From the NCBI GenBank assembly GCA_032161105.1, contig JAVHTD010000004.1: a DNA stretch of 64,000 nt. One strand, written 5' to 3'. A program made the translations under genes and the position numbers. This document shows positions 59,529 through 64,000 of the stretch, one piece after another (the first letter of the stretch is position 1; each line of letters starts with the position of its first letter). Source of the DNA: Candidatus Thermosaccharophagus tengchongensis. Lineage in GTDB: Bacteria > Armatimonadota > Fervidibacteria > Fervidibacterales > Thermosaccharophagaceae. The notes beneath the pieces are model-generated. The model did not search any database. It had not been told where the DNA came from and saw nothing but the letters and a program-made list of their open reading frames with translations.

Positions 59529-62318
59529 TCACCAACTCCTGCCGAATCTCGTGATGGAGAGCGAGCCCCTTGTCACACGAAGCATGATTGCGCCATCTTC
59601 GTCGGTCCGAAGTATCTCACTCACACCGCACCTTCGCAACCTCTCAATGACTTCCGGATGTGGATGACCGAATGGGTTGAAACGCCCGCATGATATGAGG
59701 GCAATTTTGGGGCGCACAACCTCAAGCAGCTTATGGCTGCAAGAGCCTTTGCTACCATGATGAGGCACATAAAGCGCATCCGCACGGAGTTCATCCGGTC
59801 GGCAAATTGAGAGCAGGTGCCTCTCTTGCTCATCCATCATGTCGCTCGTCAGCAGTATTTTCCACCCGAGCATGCTCAGGCACATTACTACGACATTGTT
59901 GTTCACATCGTCCTTTGTGCCCCTTAGTAGCGGTTCGCTGGGCGCAAGCACGCTCGCAAAAACTTCATTACGACTGTCAAGCACAACGGTCTGACCACGG
60001 CGAGCTAACACACATCTGACACCTCGTTGAACCAAAGCTGAGGCAGCCCTGAGATACGCAGGTTCATCGGATGGAAGTTGTGGATCAAGCACAGCGCCAA
60101 TCGGCATGCGCTCAATTATTGCCGGAAGAGCCGACACATGGTCGCTGTCAGGATGCGTTATGACGAGCACATCAATTTGGCGGACACGCTCTCGGTAAAG
60201 GAACGGCAGTATGATCTCCCTTGCGATGACATCCCCAGCGGCTTCATCCTTGCCCTGAGTGCCAGCGTCCACAAGCATGCACCTTCCATTTGGGGCTCGA
60301 ACGAAGATGCATTGCCCCTGCCCAACATCAAGCATTGTCAATGTAGCAGTTGGCTTCAGGCGCCAAAAGATGCCACCTGTTACCCATAGCAAGATCGCCA
60401 GCGCCAATGCGAGTGCCAAGCGAGCCAATGGTCTGACGAAAGCACATAAGCTATCTCCCCTAAGCTGACGCCGAACAGTTATGAGGCAGCGCAGAGCGAG
60501 CGGGAGAAGGGCAAGCAAAGCATAAGCAACGATGAGCATCACTGGGCTCTTGGCGACATGCCCGGGAACATCAACGGTTGCAAACGGCAGGTTTGCAAAT
60601 TGCCCCATCAACCAAACGAGCAATTTGGAAAGCCAGTGAGTCACCATCATCAAGGTCTTCCCGCAAGCAGCGATGGCTTGCGCCACATATGCGGCTGGAG
60701 TGAAGTTAAATGAAGCTGCCGCTTCGTGCGCAATTGCAAGCAGCGCTCCGGCAAACGATAAAGCGACTGTGGGAAGAGCCAATGGCACCACGAACAGATT
60801 TGATATGAAGCCGATGAGAACGAGCTTTGAGAAGTGATAGGATATGAGCGGCATCGTCATCAGCTGCGCACCGCCTGTGGCGGCTGGATACCAAATGAGC
60901 GCCTCCATTGCCTTCTCAGCTCGGCTTCGCGAATTCCTCACAACGGGCGCGACTGTATTAACCAGCGATGCACCAATCCAGAGTATCCCAACTACGGCTG
61001 CGAATGAGAGTTGAAAGCCGATGTTAAGAAGCGAAGCTGGAGCAATTGCCACCATGAACGCGGCTGAGACGCAAACGGCAGTGCCCCAATCGCGCGTGTA
61101 GCCTTTCATGCGATGCATCTGCTTGAATGACGAACCAATAAGCGCGTATGCAAACATCAATGCAGCACGAGATATGGATGGCTCACCCTGACTGACAAAC
61201 CAATAGCATGCGACGATGAAGAGGCTTAATGCGATTCCGAAGCCGCCAAGCGGGCGCGCAAGCATGAGCACAAGCATGCCTATGAAACTGACATGCAGTC
61301 CAGATATCACGAGCACATGAATTGCACCTGAGCGCCTCGCCACATCAGCTATGCCCTTTGGGAGATCGGCAGAATGCATTCCGAACAGCATGCTCCCGAT
61401 GAGCGACATCGTCTCCTCACGAAATTCCAACGGCAGCCAAGAGCGCATTCGCTCAAATAGCCGTTCCCTGAATCGCACCCTGAAAAGGTTCAACCCCGCT
61501 TTCAAACCGTAAACCTTTGGCGGGTAAGAGTTTGATTCGCCATCGGCAATGGCGACACCGTCCACATCAGCTTTGAAACGAGCAATGATGCCGTTCATCA
61601 GGAGCTTGTAAACCACGCTAACTTGCCCCGGGTTGCTCGCCCTCGGGAGCGGACTTAAACCGCCCGTCACTTTCAAAACCGAGTTTGGTTCAATTGGCGG
61701 CTTCAAATCCGCTATGCTGCGCTCAACGATGCACAGCAAGATGCTGTGCCCTTCAAGCTCACGCAACTCCTCCTTTGGCTCAACCACATCCAGAACCAAT
61801 GCACCGGCTTGGTAAGTTATGCCCTCATTACCCGCTAACTCAATGCTTGGATACCTCTCCCTCGGGTGCTCATATGGGAGCACTAAAAGTGTGCATCGCT
61901 CTACTCGCCGGCGCACTACTTTCAATGTGCCGTTTAGCTGCGCCATGCGGTATTGCTGCAATGCCACACTGGCGCTGAAGAGACCTATGAGGAAGACGAA
62001 CACGCCCTCAATGGCTCTCCAGCGTGAGCAAATGTAGAGGCTGAGTGAGACATAAATGACTGAGGCGATTGACCACACAATGACGCCTATTGTCGCACGC
62101 TCAATCGGGATTACAAGCCAACCAACTGCAACCCCAACGATGTAAGTGAGGGAAGCAATCTTGAGGGCATGTTGGCGCAATGCCTCATGAAGCCGCTGCA
62201 AACTCCATTCACCACTCAACTTCAGTTCAAGCGTTCGCCACGGGTATGTGATCCCGACATACTTGAACACTGCCCGCTTACGCCATAGCGCAGCATTCAA
62301 ACCGCCACCGCCTACCAC
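59529..62318 (-). CDS. comEC: Competence protein ComEC/Rec2
   Basis: NPG, HVLVISGLHV, GFQLSF, LDVGQG, THPDSDH, PHHGS, FGHPH; start may lie further downstream. Confidence 0.93.
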   Translation of the reverse strand: MVGGGGLNAALWRKRAVFKYVGITYPWRTLELKLSGEWSLQRLHEALRQHALKIASLTYIVGVAVGWLVIPIERATIGVIVWSIASVIYVSLSLYICSRWRAIEGVFVFLIGLFSASVALQQYRMAQLNGTLKVVRRRVERCTLLVLPYEHPRERYPSIELAGNEGITYQAGALVLDVVEPKEELRELEGHSILLCIVERSIADLKPPIEPNSVLKVTGGLSPLPRASNPGQVSVVYKLLMNGIIARFKADVDGVAIADGESNSYPPKVYGLKAGLNLFRVRFRERLFERMRSWLPLEFREETMSLIGSMLFGMHSADLPKGIADVARRSGAIHVLVISGLHVSFIGMLVLMLARPLGGFGIALSLFIVACYWFVSQGEPSISRAALMFAYALIGSSFKQMHRMKGYTRDWGTAVCVSAAFMVAIAPASLLNIGFQLSFAAVVGILWIGASLVNTVAPVVRNSRSRAEKAMEALIWYPAATGGAQLMTMPLISYHFSKLVLIGFISNLFVVPLALPTVALSFAGALLAIAHEAAASFNFTPAAYVAQAIAACGKTLMMVTHWLSKLLVWLMGQFANLPFATVDVPGHVAKSPVMLIVAYALLALLPLALRCLITVRRQLRGDSLCAFVRPLARLALALALAILLWVTGGIFWRLKPTATLTMLDVGQGQCIFVRAPNGRCMLVDAGTQGKDEAAGDVIAREIILPFLYRERVRQIDVLVITHPDSDHVSALPAIIERMPIGAVLDPQLPSDEPAYLRAASALVQRGVRCVLARRGQTVVLDSRNEVFASVLAPSEPLLRGTKDDVNNNVVVMCLSMLGWKILLTSDMMDEQERHLLSICRPDELRADALYVPHHGSKGSCSHKLLEVVRPKIALISCGRFNPFGHPHPEVIERLRRCGVSEILRTDEDGAIMLRVTRGSLSITRFGRSW

Positions 62319-62929
62319 AACTTGACATATGGGCGCAATGCCTCGAGCTTCTTCTGCCCAACGCCCTTAACATTGAGCAGCTCATCAACGGATTTGAAGG
62401 GACCATGCTGTCTGCGATACTCAACGATGCGTTGTGCGAGCGCCGGACCAATACCGGGCAAACTTTCAAGCTGCTCAGCAGTGGCAGTGTTGATGGCAAT
62501 CTTACCAATTGGAGCTTTAGTAGCTTTTGCGGCTCTGGTGCTATGACGGCTTGATGCCTCGCTAAACGCCTCAAGCGCCCTTGTGCGCCTATCCGGGACA
62601 AACACCTCATCGCCGTCCTTCAAGAAGGCTGCAAGATTGATTGCATCAAGATCTGCGGTGGGCAGACTGCCACCAGCTTTCTTTATAGCATCCTCAACAC
62701 GCTCACCAAAGATGAACTCGTAGACGCCGGGCTTCCTGACAGCGCCCTTGACATGGACTTTGAGTTTTGGCGGCTCGCCAACGCTTTTAACACCAATGGA
62801 TGTTCCACCCACACCGGTGATGATAACCTCGGGAGCGGATGGGCGCTTACCTTGAATCATCAAAGCAACCACAGCGACAGCGATTGCCGAGGTGAACAAA
62901 GCAATGAGCACCCTGTCAAACCACTGCAT
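62312..62929 (-). CDS. comEA: Competence protein ComEA (SLBB and HhH domains)
   Basis: VHVKGAVRKPGVY, INLAA, INTATAEQLESLPGIGP; start ATG 62929. Confidence 0.93.
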   Translation of the reverse strand: MQWFDRVLIALFTSAIAVAVVALMIQGKRPSAPEVIITGVGGTSIGVKSVGEPPKLKVHVKGAVRKPGVYEFIFGERVEDAIKKAGGSLPTADLDAINLAAFLKDGDEVFVPDRRTRALEAFSEASSRHSTRAAKATKAPIGKIAINTATAEQLESLPGIGPALAQRIVEYRRQHGPFKSVDELLNVKGVGQKKLEALRPYVKLW

Positions 62930-62945
62930 TGCTGTTACCACCCCT

Positions 62946-63356
62946 TCAAGCTTCCTCGGGGAGGCGATTTGGATGCGTCTCTGAGAGCAATCTCCTGACA
63001 AGCGAGAGCAAGACCTCGGGGTCAAACGGCTTGGACAAGTAGCTGTCGGCTTCGTGTTCAAAAGCGGCTACAGCGCCGACATCGCTTGGGAAGGCTGTAA
63101 GCATGATGACAGGTATGTTAGCCATTTCCGGATGAGCTCGCATCACTTCAAGCACTTCATAGCCATCAAGGTTTGGCATGACAACATCAAGGATGACCAA
63201 ATCCAGCTGTTCAGAGTGGATCACGCGAAGCGCCTCAGAGCCATCATTTGCCACAAGGACCTCGTATCCCTCGTGCTCAAGGTTCGTTCTTACAAGTTCG
63301 GTAACGGCTACCTCATCATCCACAACGAGTATCTTGAATCTCCTCGTAGAAGCCAT
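62946..63356 (-). CDS. Stand-alone response regulator receiver
   Basis: ILVVDDE, LDVVMPNLDG, MLTA, KPF. Confidence 0.92.
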   Translation of the reverse strand: MASTRRFKILVVDDEVAVTELVRTNLEHEGYEVLVANDGSEALRVIHSEQLDLVILDVVMPNLDGYEVLEVMRAHPEMANIPVIMLTAFPSDVGAVAAFEHEADSYLSKPFDPEVLLSLVRRLLSETHPNRLPEEA

Positions 63357-63392
63357 CTTGCCACCACCGCAGTCATCTCTGAGTTGAGAGCT

Positions 63393-63782
63393 TCAGTCCG
63401 CCTTTTCCTCACGCCTTCGTGTGCGCCTTATGCGCCTCTTCTTGCCACCCTCACATGAAACTGCAATTTGAGCCTCCTCATGAACTTCGGCGCCAGTCGC
63501 TTCGCCAATTGCTTTTGCTGTTTGAGTTTCCTCAGGCGATGGTGCTGCTTGTGACCCTTCACAAGCTGCCTCCCCGTGAAGCTGCTTCAACAATTGTTCC
63601 TCTTGCTCAACCAATTTTGAGCGCCTTTCATCAAGGCGCTCAAGTTCGCGCCTAAGCGCCGGCGCAGAACCCTGCATAGCCATCCTGCGTTCAAGGTGAA
63701 GCATGTGCCTCTCAATCTGCATCCTTTGCAATCTCAGTTGCTGCAACTTGCGCCGCAACTTCTCTTCTTCAACCACCGTCAT
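63393..63782 (-). CDS. Hypothetical coiled-coil protein
   Basis: E/R/L/Q-rich helices, GAGGTGA upstream, fits in the operon. Confidence 0.6.
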   Translation of the reverse strand: MTVVEEEKLRRKLQQLRLQRMQIERHMLHLERRMAMQGSAPALRRELERLDERRSKLVEQEEQLLKQLHGEAACEGSQAAPSPEETQTAKAIGEATGAEVHEEAQIAVSCEGGKKRRIRRTRRREEKAD

Positions 63783-63813
63783 TCACCTCACTCCAACGAG
63801 CGCTCCTGCCCGA

Positions 63814-64000
63814 TTACCGCACGACTATGTTCACGAGCCTGTTTGGCACAACAATGACGCGCTCAATTTTCCTTCCGGCAATGTGAGCCTGCACACCCTT
63901 GCAATTGAGGGCGAGCTTGCGCAACTCATCCTCCGGTGTGCCGACTGGCACGGTGAGCCTATCCCTGACTTTGCCATTCACCTGCACGACAATGACTTGC
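63814..64000 (-). CDS. leuS: Leucine--tRNA ligase, C-terminal end (partial)
   Basis: Manual translation QVIVVQVNGKVRDRL...VIVVPNRLVNIVVR*. Confidence 0.9.
   Translation of the reverse strand, partial: QVIVVQVNGKVRDRLTVPVGTPEDELRKLALNCKGVQAHIAGRKIERVIVVPNRLVNIVVR

Noticed and set aside
59340..59530. Integrative element at tRNA-Ala or in comEC
   Set aside because: No integrase, no duplicated tRNA 3' end seen, and comEC is intact.

Overview
Gene-dense bacterial chromosomal region with about 58 CDS and one tRNA. I found no mobile element, integrase or CRISPR array. Shine-Dalgarno sites of the GAGGTGA/GGGGTGA type and the gene content suggest a Terrabacteria lineage such as Armatimonadota, but this is inference only. 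Housekeeping content: the end of a surface-polysaccharide cluster, trpD-trpC-trpB with a separate trpE, mrdA, rpsO-pnp, nrnA-truB-ribF, radC-mreBCD, cysS, dtd, a split transketolase, tRNA-Ala(CGC), comEA-comEC and the 3' end of leuS. Best candidates for novelty: (1) a 64-aa membrane protein missing from the ORF track (36177-36371), DUF6132-like, with an in-frame TGA at a conserved Cys position and a SECIS-like hairpin, so probably a selenoprotein; (2) two ModA-fold binding proteins carrying Cys in the cleft motifs (one fused to a thioredoxin-like domain), placed next to an ArsP/DUF318 permease instead of ModBC and near two DGC-domain genes; (3) an APC-USP-fused double TrkA module with no TrkH; (4) a degenerate PASTA kinase followed by an ECF sigma and a ZAS/STN-like anti-sigma, directly after mreBCD. 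All family assignments come from motif recognition by eye; no database search was run.
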